From Patescibacteria group bacterium (lineage in GTDB: Bacteria; Patescibacteriota; UBA1384; CAJBMM01): 36,284 nt of DNA. Within the stretch, counting starts at the first letter, position 1. The number at the start of each line of letters is the position of its first letter. The DNA lies in contig JBAZWC010000001.1 of assembly GCA_041660565.1 (NCBI GenBank), positions 136,197 through 172,480 of the forward strand, written 5' to 3'. Under the pieces are notes generated by a model. That model was not told the origin of the DNA, ran no database searches, and was given only the letters and a program-made list of their open reading frames with translations. This document shows positions 9,688 to 18,253 of the stretch, piece after piece. Both the position numbers and the translations under genes were made by a program.

Positions 9688-10050
9688 ATGAAAGAATTAG
9701 ATGGTATCTGTGAAGAATGTGGCAACACCGGAATCGTTGGGGATAGTTGCTCGTTTTGTGGTAACAAGATTATGTCGCTTGACGACAATTTAGATACTTT
9801 TGATGATGACGAGGATGATATTCCGGTGCAACGAAAATCAAAAAAATCTTTACCCGAAGATGATATTGATGAGCTAAGTGATTTTGATGATATTGATGAT
9901 ATTGATGAGCCCATCGATATTGATGAGGATATTGATGTCCCGGCTGAGCATGAAAGTTTAGACGAAATGGCGTTCAAAGAAGAAAAAGAGCAAAATTCCG
10001 AATCAGACTTGGCCAAAATGAACAAAGAAAACGAAGACGACGAAACTTAA
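9688..10050 (+). CDS. hypothetical protein: N-terminal zinc ribbon plus extremely acidic tail
   Basis: 120 aa. CEECGNTGIVGDSCSFCGNK, then a D/E-rich tail (DDIDELSDFDDIDDIDEPIDIDEDIDV). Confidence 0.5.
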   Translation: MKELDGICEECGNTGIVGDSCSFCGNKIMSLDDNLDTFDDDEDDIPVQRKSKKSLPEDDIDELSDFDDIDDIDEPIDIDEDIDVPAEHESLDEMAFKEEKEQNSESDLAKMNKENEDDET

Positions 10051-10061
10051 AACTCGAAATT

Positions 10062-10216
10062 ATAAGCACGAAGCACGAAATAAATCAAAAATATCAAATC
10101 AGAAATTCAAAACATTTGGTATTTGAGGATTTGGAGTTTTGTTTCGGATTAGATGCTTCGCATCGAAATCACTCGCAGAATACTCATGATTATCGAATTT
10201 AGTGCTTAGTGCTTGC
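10062..10216. repeat. 20-nt imperfect inverted repeat bracketing ~115 nt of AT-rich DNA
   Basis: ataagcacgaagcacgaaat (10062-10081) versus the reverse complement of atttagtgcttagtgcttgc (10197-10216) gives 16/20. Confidence 0.5.
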
Positions 10217-10275
10217 ATTTGTGAATGGTTTGTATCATTGTAAAGTTAATATCAAATAAAAAGGAGAACAGTTCT

Positions 10276-11028
10276 ATGTTAGAAAAAGACTTGTGGAAAA
10301 AGCTGGTCGCAGAGTTTGTCGGTGGGTTCATTTTAACCTCGGCAATCGTTTTTCCGAGCATCGCTTTGCATGACGCGGGCATTGGGGCGTTTTTGTTCAT
10401 TATGTTTACAGCTGGCCTAGGTATGGCAATGGTTGTATGGTTGTTTCGTGACATCAGTGGTGGCCACGCCAACCCCGTTATCACCTTTGCAATGATGTTA
10501 ATGCGCAAGGTAAGTGTAGTTACCGGAGTATTTTATTGGATTGCACAACTTGCTGGCGCGGTTGTAGCAACCTATTACGCGGCTGGAATGTTTAAGATTG
10601 GCAGTTTGACTACCGCAGATTTGAGCGGTTATGGTGTGGCTATGCCGGTAACCGGATATAAAGACATTCAAGCATCGTTAGCCGAAGCATTTGGCGTTTT
10701 CATTTTGGTTTCGGCAGTGCTAGCGGTAATACACATCAAAGACAAAGTTCAAGCTGGTTTAGTAATTGGCTCCGCTTTGTTAATTGCCGTGGTAATGACT
10801 GTGGCTGTTTCCGGTGGTGCACTTAACCCAGCCAGAGAATTTGGTCCAATGCTACTAACCAAATCTATCTACAAAGATACTTTCTTGTGGATCTACCTGG
10901 TAGCCCCAATGGTAGGAGCGCTGGTTGCGGTCTTGGTACATATGATTATCAACGAAAAAATTTCCTTGTTAATCACTTTGCCAAAAGCCAGAACATTAGA
11001 GCATCAATCATCTGACGACGCTAAATAA
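10276..11028 (+). CDS. MIP-family channel (aquaporin/glycerol-facilitator type)
   Basis: ATG at 10276 with AAGGAG at 10261-10266; the ORF-track start at 10225 looks like an upstream extension. Two half-repeat motifs: GGHANPVITFA (NPV) and GGALNPAREFGP (NPA). Confidence 0.85.
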   Translation: MLEKDLWKKLVAEFVGGFILTSAIVFPSIALHDAGIGAFLFIMFTAGLGMAMVVWLFRDISGGHANPVITFAMMLMRKVSVVTGVFYWIAQLAGAVVATYYAAGMFKIGSLTTADLSGYGVAMPVTGYKDIQASLAEAFGVFILVSAVLAVIHIKDKVQAGLVIGSALLIAVVMTVAVSGGALNPAREFGPMLLTKSIYKDTFLWIYLVAPMVGALVAVLVHMIINEKISLLITLPKARTLEHQSSDDAK

Positions 11029-11043
11029 TCTAGCAAGTTAAAA

Positions 11044-11086
11044 AAAAGACGTCGATTTATGGAAACATATCCGGCGTCTTTTTTGG
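11044..11086 (+). terminator. rho-independent terminator after the MIP gene
   Basis: aagacgtcg / cggcgtctt 9-bp stem (one G-U) followed by tttttt. Confidence 0.7.
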
Positions 11087-11114
11087 TAGCCAAAAATGTG
11101 GTATAATAAATTTT

Positions 11115-12092
11115 GTGATTAAAAAACCATTCGCCAAATCAAATTTGCCGTTAATCGGTTTGTCGCCGATGGCGGGTTACACCGATTCTGCGTATCGTAC
11201 TATCTGCCGCGAACTAGGGGCAGATTTTGTGGTAACGGAACTTATTTCGGCTGATGGGGTAATTCAAAACTACGCTAGCCTTGGTCGTGTGTCAAAAACG
11301 CTCCGACTGATGCGGTTTTCCGCCAAAGAGCGCCCAATATTTATTCAACTTTTTGGTGCAGATCCGGAAAAGATGAAATTAGCGGCTCAGATCATCGCTA
11401 AAGAGCTAAAACCAGACGGAATCGACATCAATATGGGGTGTCCGGCGCACAAAGTAGTGTGCAGTGGTCATGGTTCGGCGTTAATGAAAAATCCTGCTTT
11501 AGCCGCAGAAATCGTCAAAAGTGTCAAAGAGGGGAGCGGACTGCCGGTTAGTGTCAAAACGCGGCTTGGGTGGTCTGATTCATCTAACTTAAATCAGTTT
11601 GTGGTTAGCTTAGCCAACGCGGGGGCCGATATGATTGCCATTCATGGGCGTACCTATGAGCAAGGTTTTAGTGGCAAAGCAGATTATGAGCCAATTTATG
11701 AGGCCAAGAAATTGGTCAGTATTCCCGTTTTGGGCAATGGTGATATCTGGTCAGCCGGGGACGCACTAGACAAAATCGGTAATTTAGATGGGCTGCTAAT
11801 TGGTAGGGGAGCGGTGGGGAATCCATGGATTTTTGCAGAGGTAAAAGAGGCGTTAACCACGAAACAGGTGGTTAATCACCCAATAAACTGGCAAAAAAGA
11901 TTCGAACTACTAAAAACGCATGTAGAGCTAAAGTATCAGCAAGATGGAAAAATTGGCATTGTTGAAATGCGAAAAATTCTACCAGCTTACCTCAAAGGAT
12001 TACCTAATGCGGCAAAATATCGTCAAAACATCAATTCGATCAATACCGTAGAAGATGTTAAAAAACTAATATCAGAGATACTGGGCTCTTGA
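11115..12092 (+). CDS. tRNA-dihydrouridine synthase (Dus family)
   Basis: 325 aa, GTG start. LSPMAGYTDSAYR, IDINMGCP, KTRLGW, IHGRT. Confidence 0.9.
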   Translation: MIKKPFAKSNLPLIGLSPMAGYTDSAYRTICRELGADFVVTELISADGVIQNYASLGRVSKTLRLMRFSAKERPIFIQLFGADPEKMKLAAQIIAKELKPDGIDINMGCPAHKVVCSGHGSALMKNPALAAEIVKSVKEGSGLPVSVKTRLGWSDSSNLNQFVVSLANAGADMIAIHGRTYEQGFSGKADYEPIYEAKKLVSIPVLGNGDIWSAGDALDKIGNLDGLLIGRGAVGNPWIFAEVKEALTTKQVVNHPINWQKRFELLKTHVELKYQQDGKIGIVEMRKILPAYLKGLPNAAKYRQNINSINTVEDVKKLISEILGS

Positions 12093-12355
12093 CAAGTTGT
12101 TTCCGATGTGCTAAATTGGCGATTGTAACTTTACAACTTGACACCGAACCCCAAGTAATGTTAATTACGAGGTAGAAATCTGGCTGGAATTGAGGAGCCA
12201 ATGATATCGTCGTCAAAAGATGTTTAAGCAATATTGTACGCCCTTTAAACAAATGAGCGTCTGCTGTATCCATCTGACGGTATTATTCCTTTTTTCTGGC
12301 TGGATTTGTGCCTCGTTTTTGGTATGTTGTTAACGCAACGCGACGAGTGTTGTAG

Positions 12356-12377
12356 GGGCGGACTCATATGTCCGCCC
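12356..12377. repeat. GC-rich palindromic unit
   Basis: gggcggac-tcatat-gtccgccc is a perfect 8-bp stem in an otherwise AT-rich spacer, 10 nt upstream of the promoter-like site for the first GC-rich cassette. Confidence 0.6.
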
Positions 12378-12386
12378 GTCCAGCGA

Positions 12387-12415
12387 TTGACAAACAAAGA
12401 AATATATGATACAGT
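12387..12415 (+). promoter_or_regulatory. sigma-70-like promoter candidate for GC-rich cassette 1
   Basis: TTGACA (12387-12392), 17-nt spacer, TACAGT (12410-12415) preceded by TGa (extended -10). This implies a ~160-nt leader. Confidence 0.4.
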
Positions 12416-12576
12416 AAATGGTTGTTAATGGTTAATTGTTAAAAGTTGACTGTTATCCAGTACCTTAATTAACTTACTTGGGATTCTGGCAGGAGAATAA
12501 GGCCGCACTTTGTGGTCTTTAATCCTGTCAGAAAAACTCGCCCCAACGCGGGGCAAATACCTTGGAGGATACTTCG

Positions 12577-13671
12577 ATGAAGGGTAAGTGGCTGGTGTTC
12601 GCCGTGGTGGCGTTGTTTGCCACCACTTCGTCGTTCGCTCAACTGTCGGTTGGGGGCGTCATAACCTCCACCGACAAGTCGCACAACATGAGTGTCATGT
12701 CCTCGCTGGTGGTTTCGGCCACCAACCCGGGGACAGATGAGGTGCTTGGGACCGTGAATAACGGTACCCCGATCGCCACGTCTTTCGTCGATTTACGCTT
12801 CACCCTGGTGCTCGACAACGTTGAGCTGCGGGGTAGCGTCGACCAGCTTGTCGACGCGATGATCTTCCCTGACGTGATGTCAAAGGATCACTCGCCGATG
12901 GTCCGGACCACAACCCCGTCGTATTCCCAGTTTCAATGGGAGCGGGACAAGACCCAACCGCGAATCTTCCGGTTGACCGTACCGGCTGGCTCATTGCCAG
13001 ACCGAAACGGCTACACCATGAAGTTCAGGGTGTGGGCGGCACAGTCGTCTGTCACGAAGGCCATGGGCGCACGGCTCTGGGGAAATCGCTCGGGTGAGTT
13101 TCTTGAGGCGTCGTTCCACTTCATGATCAAGCGCACGTGTGCGCCGAAGTCTGAATGGGAGATGGCTACTCAGCTGCAGGGGTTCAACCTGCTAATCGAG
13201 CAGCCGTCAGAGGCTTCGGCACCGGCTCGTGATCGGAAGTACGACGAGAAGCATCAGGAGAGGGCAGACCGATCGGACGTCCGTGAGGATGACCGAGAAG
13301 TCGCGCCGGCTCCGGCGACGAAGCCTGTGGTCAAGCAACAGACGGTTAGGGCGTCGATCAGGGTGGTTGACCCCAAGACTGGACAGACGATCGATTACCG
13401 CGGTCGGTTCGCGGTCACCACGACCAGTATCGAGCCGATCGATTGCAAGGAAGGGCCGGGATTTCAGGTTGACGAGACTGCCCCCAAGGGGGTGTGGACC
13501 GGCCACCTGTCACACGGCGTCGCGACGGCCGAGTTTCCCTCAGACCCAGCCAAGGTATGGTTGGTGGCGTGGGTGGAGTCGGCATCTGGTTGGTCGTTGT
13601 CTCGGGCAATTCGTTTGTCGCCCGAGAATGAGAATCCGGAGCTTCGGTTCCGCCTCGGAGGGTCGAAATGA
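12577..13671 (+). CDS. secreted hypothetical protein (GC-rich cassette 1, gene A)
   Basis: ATG at 12577 with GGAGGA 7 nt upstream; the ORF-track TTG at 12562 is probably an extension. Signal peptide MKGKWLVFAVVALFATTSSFA-Q. G/C-dominated third codon positions. No family recognised. Confidence 0.65.
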   Translation: MKGKWLVFAVVALFATTSSFAQLSVGGVITSTDKSHNMSVMSSLVVSATNPGTDEVLGTVNNGTPIATSFVDLRFTLVLDNVELRGSVDQLVDAMIFPDVMSKDHSPMVRTTTPSYSQFQWERDKTQPRIFRLTVPAGSLPDRNGYTMKFRVWAAQSSVTKAMGARLWGNRSGEFLEASFHFMIKRTCAPKSEWEMATQLQGFNLLIEQPSEASAPARDRKYDEKHQERADRSDVREDDREVAPAPATKPVVKQQTVRASIRVVDPKTGQTIDYRGRFAVTTTSIEPIDCKEGPGFQVDETAPKGVWTGHLSHGVATAEFPSDPAKVWLVAWVESASGWSLSRAIRLSPENENPELRFRLGGSK

Positions 13672-14513
13672 AGTTCCTGTGGATTGCCGCTATCCTGCTC
13701 TGCGCCGACATGGCGACAGCGCAGGCGACGTATGATCGCGGTGTGGTCCGGTCGCACCCGGCCCGATCGGCTGGGCTGTCGCCGGACGGGCAGTCGATGA
13801 CGAATTTCGCCAAGGAAGGCATATTCGGCATCATGCTGCGCGACTTCTTCGGTTTCAATGACAAGGATGTCAGCGAAGCCAAGGTCAAAGCCGCAGCGGG
13901 CAATTTCACGCTGTGGCAGCTAGCTCCTGGTAGTCGGTTCGACGACATGTGTGGGGGAACCCCCATCAAGTCGGTCGGACCGGGACGCACGGCGTTCTGG
14001 TTAGAGTACTATCGTCTCGAGGTTAGTTCGGGCAAGGTTGCCCGATTCGTGACGATCTGCGCTAACGGGATCAAGCTGTCCAAGGAAGGCACTCAGATCA
14101 AGCCGCACGCCGTAGTGGTTACTCGGGACGTCCCGCGCGACGTCATTCGAGACGTTCCCGGTGAGAACGTTTACGTGTTCCAGTACGAGGAACGAGTCGT
14201 CGAGGTGCCCGGCCCAGAACGGGTTGAGTACATCGACAGGCCGATTCTCGTTCCGGTGGCACCTCTGTACGGCGAGGGGCCGCGGACGGTAGGGTCGCAC
14301 GTGGTGCAGACCTATCCCGTGGCGTTTGTCGGCTACACGTTCCGATCATCTGATCGGGCGAAATGCCGGCCACAGCCGAGGCCACGGCCAAGGCCAACCC
14401 CGCCGGGCTGTACGCCCGGAGTAATTCCACCCGGGCCACCAATACGGATTGGCCCACCCAACCCCCAAGACCCGAACCAGGGCTTGGGACCGGCTCCTCC
14501 GATACGGAGGTAG
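13668..14513 (+). CDS. secreted hypothetical protein with Pro-rich C-terminus (GC-rich cassette 1, gene B)
   Basis: The ATGA start/stop overlap with gene A indicates translational coupling. Signal peptide MKFLWIAAILLCADMATAQA. C-terminal RPQPRPRPRPTPPGCTPGVIPPGPPIRIGPPNPQDP. Confidence 0.6.
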   Translation: MKFLWIAAILLCADMATAQATYDRGVVRSHPARSAGLSPDGQSMTNFAKEGIFGIMLRDFFGFNDKDVSEAKVKAAAGNFTLWQLAPGSRFDDMCGGTPIKSVGPGRTAFWLEYYRLEVSSGKVARFVTICANGIKLSKEGTQIKPHAVVVTRDVPRDVIRDVPGENVYVFQYEERVVEVPGPERVEYIDRPILVPVAPLYGEGPRTVGSHVVQTYPVAFVGYTFRSSDRAKCRPQPRPRPRPTPPGCTPGVIPPGPPIRIGPPNPQDPNQGLGPAPPIRR

Positions 14514-14522
14514 CGCACACCT

Positions 14523-14550
14523 GTGGGGCGACGGTTCGCCGCCGCCCCAC
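14523..14550 (+). terminator. GC-rich hairpin directly after cassette 1 (no T-run)
   Basis: gtggggcg..gg-ttcg-cc..cgccccac gives 8+2 bp, 10 nt after the stop. The lack of a U-tract makes intrinsic termination uncertain. Confidence 0.4.
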
Positions 14551-14560
14551 ACCAACTAAC

Positions 14561-14590
14561 TTGACAACTTATGATATGTTGTGATATAAT
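14561..14590 (+). promoter_or_regulatory. sigma-70-like promoter candidate for the DUF11 surface-protein operon
   Basis: TTGACA (14561-14566), 18-nt spacer, TGaTATAAT (14582-14590). Confidence 0.5.
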
Positions 14591-14618
14591 TACACAATTC
14601 ACACAAGTTGTGAAGAAA

Positions 14619-14635
14619 GTATGATATAATCATAC
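14619..14635. promoter_or_regulatory. perfect palindrome overlapping a second extended -10 (operator candidate)
   Basis: gtatgat-ata-atcatac has perfect 7-bp arms and contains TGaTATAAT (14622-14630), 60 nt upstream of the surface-protein ATG. Confidence 0.35.
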
Positions 14636-14694
14636 TATCTCGCATTCAACTATCACAGTTGAAGCGAGGACAACTAGAAAAGAAAAGGAAAGAT

Positions 14695-16635
14695 ATGATG
14701 AATATCATTCAAAAATCCAAAAAATATATCGGATTAGCCGCTATTGCTTTGACAGTAGTTGGTTCATCTTTGGTGTCTCCATTAACTCACGCCGGAAATC
14801 CGGTGTTTAACCAAATGCAAGGGGACAAAGAACAGCTAGTTGGTCGTACTCAGGACCAATCAGCTTACTCTAACCCGGTCACCGCTACTACTCAAGATAG
14901 AGTAACAGTAGCTATTTATATTCATAATAGTGGTGGCTCAACCGCCGCTAACACTGTGGTTAAGTTATCCGAAATTAATGCCGGAAACACTCAATCACAT
15001 CAATTAGTATCGTCTATTAGTGCCGATGGGGTTGATCCTGTAACTGCGACGATCGTAAATGGACAGGTGGTTGGTCATTCAAATTTGACTATCAACTTAG
15101 ATAAATCCGCTACCATGACCTATGTTAACGGTTCTACCGCTTGGTATCCAAACTTTGGTTCGAATCCTAACGAGCCCGGTATCGTAATGCCAGATGGTAT
15201 TATGAGCGCAAATGGCATTAACCTGGGTTCAGTTGAATCTTGTTGGGATCATGTTGGGTACGTGTTGGCTGATTTTGTCTTCACCTCTACTCCAACTGTG
15301 GCCAATTTACAGACCGAAAAATGGGTTGCGGTTTATGGTGGTAATAATCAGTGGGTGAAGGAAAATACCGCTTTAGTTGGCGATCAATTACGTTATCAGA
15401 TTTATTACAATAACAACGGTGGCGTGGTTGCTACTAATGCTACCATTACCGATCGTTTGCCAGATGGTGTTTCTTATCAAGCTAACTCTGTTACAAAACG
15501 AGTTAAAGATGTAAATAACAACGATGTTGATATTGACATCCCCGATAGTCAGCTAACCATTTCTGGCCAAAATATTACCATTCCGGTAGGCAACGTGTTG
15601 CCTGGCCAAGGTAATTCCGGTTATGTTTATTTGCGAGTCAAAGTGAATAACTTGTCTGTTGGTACGCATACCTTAACTAATAACGCCGACTTGGTGGCTA
15701 CTAACGCTGCGATGGTTTCGGCCAGTGCCTTAACCAAGGTAACGGTGTCCGAAACTCCGGTTTCAGACGTGCGTATTCTAAAAGAAGTGGTAAACACCTC
15801 TGTTTCCGGTTCACGATGGGTAAAAGAAAACACCGCCAAACCCGGTGATCATTTGCAGTATCGTTTGACCGTGTACAATCAAGGTAACGCTGGTGCAGAC
15901 AACGTGGTGGTTAAAGATGTTTTGCCACAGCATATTTCTTATGTTGCGGGTTCAACAAAAATTTATAATGTAACTGATCCTAATAACGGTACCACGTTAG
16001 CCGATGGTATTGTGGGCAACGGTATCAACATTGGTACGGTTAACAGTGGCGTGCCTAACGGCAACAAATATATTGTTTTTGACGCTATTGTGTCAACCAA
16101 TATCACAGCCGGTAATCACGATTTAATCAACACTGCTTCAGTATGGTTAAATAGTATGAAAAAGTATGAAGATACTGCCAAAACAACCGTTACTGCCGAA
16201 ACCGGATTACTGTTGACTAAAGAAGTTTGGAGCGCTAACACCGGTCAGTGGGTTGGTCGTCTTGAAAACGTCCGCCCGGGAGACTATGTGTTGTATCGTA
16301 TTCAAGTACGCAATACCGGTTCAACCACGGTAAACAACCCGGTAATTAAAGATATTTTACCGGCCAATGTTGACTATATTTCCGGATCAACGTTAATGGA
16401 CGGCTCTGCCGTTGTGGACGATGCTTGGATTACCGCGGGTACCGGCATTCATATTGCCAACGTGACCGCTGGTAACTTTAAAACCATCACTCTAAAAGTG
16501 AAGGTGCAAAGTTGTCCTCCTGGTGGAACTTACACTCTAACTAACACTGCCACGGTCATTGCCGATGGGTTAGACTTAAAAACCGCTACCGCTGACATAG
16601 TTGTAACTGCTGGTCCTCCAGCACTACCACGGTAA
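14695..16635 (+). CDS. secreted surface protein with DUF11-type (conserved repeat domain) repeats, no sorting signal
   Basis: ATG at 14695 gives signal peptide MMNIIQKSKKYIGLAAIALTVVGSSLVSPLTHA. There are three repeats of the pattern W.KENTA.(P/V)GD.L.Y.I...N.G...A.N..(I/V).D.LP..(V/I)SY..GS. The N-terminal ~190 aa is paralogous to the next gene. Confidence 0.8.
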   Translation: MMNIIQKSKKYIGLAAIALTVVGSSLVSPLTHAGNPVFNQMQGDKEQLVGRTQDQSAYSNPVTATTQDRVTVAIYIHNSGGSTAANTVVKLSEINAGNTQSHQLVSSISADGVDPVTATIVNGQVVGHSNLTINLDKSATMTYVNGSTAWYPNFGSNPNEPGIVMPDGIMSANGINLGSVESCWDHVGYVLADFVFTSTPTVANLQTEKWVAVYGGNNQWVKENTALVGDQLRYQIYYNNNGGVVATNATITDRLPDGVSYQANSVTKRVKDVNNNDVDIDIPDSQLTISGQNITIPVGNVLPGQGNSGYVYLRVKVNNLSVGTHTLTNNADLVATNAAMVSASALTKVTVSETPVSDVRILKEVVNTSVSGSRWVKENTAKPGDHLQYRLTVYNQGNAGADNVVVKDVLPQHISYVAGSTKIYNVTDPNNGTTLADGIVGNGINIGTVNSGVPNGNKYIVFDAIVSTNITAGNHDLINTASVWLNSMKKYEDTAKTTVTAETGLLLTKEVWSANTGQWVGRLENVRPGDYVLYRIQVRNTGSTTVNNPVIKDILPANVDYISGSTLMDGSAVVDDAWITAGTGIHIANVTAGNFKTITLKVKVQSCPPGGTYTLTNTATVIADGLDLKTATADIVVTAGPPALPR

Positions 16636-16643
16636 GGAATTAT

Positions 16644-18188
16644 ATGAAAATGAATAAAATGTTAACTAAAATTTTTTCTGCTTTAGTGTTATCGGTGATT
16701 AGTGTAAGCTTAGTAGCCCAAGCCGGTACCCCGGATCCGCTGTTTAATATGAAACAGGGTGATGTTGAGCTGTTAAGCGCCCGAAATATTACTCAAGGTC
16801 AGACTGCGACATCAGATCCAATTAGTGCCGCTTCTACTGATGTGGTTGAAGGTGTGGTTTACTATCACAACGGCGTTCAGGATTCCATGGCCAAAAACGT
16901 GGTGATTAAAGTGGGTGTTGATACTACTTCTGCTAGTCAGAAACATTATCTAACTGCGTCAATTTCGGCGGATAATGCTCCAACCGTTACCGATACGGTA
17001 GTTGGTGGCGTGATTGTGGGTAAAACCGGATTGACTATCAATCTTGATAGCGCGTCTCAAATCTCAATTATTCCTGGTTCAGTACGTTGGTTCAGCGAAG
17101 GTGGACAAACTCCAACTACGCTAATTAACGGTCAAAATGGTTCCGAGCTTTTCTCTGCTACCGGTTTGAAACTGGGTGATATCCAAGGTTGCTGGGCTCA
17201 TGCCGGATACATAATGTTCCAAATGAAATTTGTTAAGTCAAATATTGTGTTGTCAAAGTCCGCTTTCAACAACACTCAAAACGTTGATGCTACCAAAGTA
17301 ACCGCCAAAGCAGGTGATAGCATTACTTATTCTTTGACTACCAAAAATATTGGTACCGCAGATAAGACAAATTACATCGTAAAAGATGGTATCAAAGACG
17401 TGCTAGATTATGCGACAGTGACTTCGGTTTCTGACAACGGCGTAATTAAAGATCAGTCAGCAGAAATTGATCGCAATAATCAAACCATTGTGGAATATCC
17501 GACAGTCAACATTGCTGCGGGTCAAACAATTGTCCGCACATTCACTGTCAGCGTCAAAAATCCGCTACCTACAAATCCAGCAGTCGGCTACGCTTACGAT
17601 AACGTAATGTTTAACCATTATGGTAACGACGTGGTTATCGTGGTCGGACAACCGGTGTTGAATATGTCTATTACCAAAGGTGTACGCAACATCGCTAAAA
17701 ACGAATCCAGCTTTACACCGCTTAACGCCGCCACCCCCGGAGATGGCTTGGAATATTTGATTACGGTGAAGAACACTGGTAACACTCCAACCGCCTCGGT
17801 CCTAAAAGATGTTTTGCCTAACGGTGTTGATTTTGTGGCCGGATCTGTGGTGGTGATGACCAACAATGCTGTCATTACACCAACCGGTGATTTGCTTGGG
17901 TCAGGATTAAACTTGCCTGCGCTTAAGCCAAATCAAGAGTTAACGGTTACGTTCCGCGTTGTTACATCAGCTAATTTAGCCGATGCCACCAACTTGCATA
18001 ACGTCGCAACGGTGATTTTTAACAACAGTCAGTTGCAAGCGCACGCAGATACAGTAATTGTACGCATTCCGGTAGTGCCGACCACTCCGGCAACTACTTT
18101 GCCAACCACCGGCGCTGGCGTAGTTTTGCCGATCGCCACGTTTGTTGGGATGATTGGACTAATTGCGAGATTCAAAATCCGCATCTGA
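16644..18188 (+). CDS. LPXTG-anchored cell-wall surface protein with DUF11-type repeats
   Basis: 514 aa. Signal peptide; the shared N-terminal domain (GTPDPLFNMKQGD..., ISADNAP, GCWAHAGY). C-terminal LPTTG plus a hydrophobic stretch and RFKIRI tail is a sortase sorting signal. Confidence 0.85.
   Translation: MKMNKMLTKIFSALVLSVISVSLVAQAGTPDPLFNMKQGDVELLSARNITQGQTATSDPISAASTDVVEGVVYYHNGVQDSMAKNVVIKVGVDTTSASQKHYLTASISADNAPTVTDTVVGGVIVGKTGLTINLDSASQISIIPGSVRWFSEGGQTPTTLINGQNGSELFSATGLKLGDIQGCWAHAGYIMFQMKFVKSNIVLSKSAFNNTQNVDATKVTAKAGDSITYSLTTKNIGTADKTNYIVKDGIKDVLDYATVTSVSDNGVIKDQSAEIDRNNQTIVEYPTVNIAAGQTIVRTFTVSVKNPLPTNPAVGYAYDNVMFNHYGNDVVIVVGQPVLNMSITKGVRNIAKNESSFTPLNAATPGDGLEYLITVKNTGNTPTASVLKDVLPNGVDFVAGSVVVMTNNAVITPTGDLLGSGLNLPALKPNQELTVTFRVVTSANLADATNLHNVATVIFNNSQLQAHADTVIVRIPVVPTTPATTLPTTGAGVVLPIATFVGMIGLIARFKIRI
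18099..18113 (+). other. LPXTG sortase recognition motif (LPTTG)
   Basis: ttg cca acc acc ggc, followed by AGVVLPIATFVGMIGLIA and then RFKIRI-stop. Confidence 0.85.
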
Positions 18189-18207
18189 ATCAATAATTTG
18201 ATACAAT

Positions 18208-18240
18208 AAAAGCGCCTAGATTTATCGAAGCGCTTTTGTT
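18208..18240 (+). terminator. rho-independent terminator after the surface-protein operon
   Basis: aaagcgc / gcgcttt stem followed by a T-rich tail (gcgcttttgttg). Confidence 0.6.
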
Positions 18241-18253
18241 GTATGGGAGAATA

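Noticed and set aside
9384-10025. A 213-aa Ser-rich minus-strand ORF overlapping recR and the acidic-protein gene.
   Set aside because: It is antisense to a clearly conserved recR and to a GAT/GAA-rich coding repeat. Its low-complexity Ser/Ile content is what the reverse complement of an Asp/Glu run produces.
13415-13990. Long minus-strand and alternative-frame ORFs across the GC-rich block (for example 13415-13990, 13229-13735, 14143-14550).
   Set aside because: GC-rich DNA yields long stop-free stretches in all frames. These translate to Arg/Pro/Ser-rich low-complexity sequence, lack a Shine-Dalgarno, and overlap the plus-strand ORFs, which do have an SD, signal peptides and ATGA coupling.
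12093-14560. Misassembly or a chimeric contig as the explanation for the GC-rich blocks.
   Set aside because: This is not excluded, but I judged it less likely. The blocks are 0.5-2.1 kb, occur four times, and start and end within a few tens of nt of an ORF plus its hairpin. They sit between correctly ordered, same-strand housekeeping genes, with AT-rich promoter-like sites abutting three of the four. Read mapping is needed to settle it.
14514-14560. Integron-style gene cassettes, with the post-ORF hairpins acting as attC sites.
   Set aside because: There is no integrase or attI, the cassettes are dispersed rather than arrayed, three carry their own promoters, and I could not find RYYYAAC/GTTRRRY core sites flanking the hairpins.
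12135-14569. A direct repeat aacttgaca on both flanks of cassette 1 (12137-12145 and 14556-14564) as a possible target-site duplication.
   Set aside because: Both copies coincide with TTGACA -35-like hexamers in AT-rich promoter regions. A 9-nt match of that kind is plausibly coincidental.
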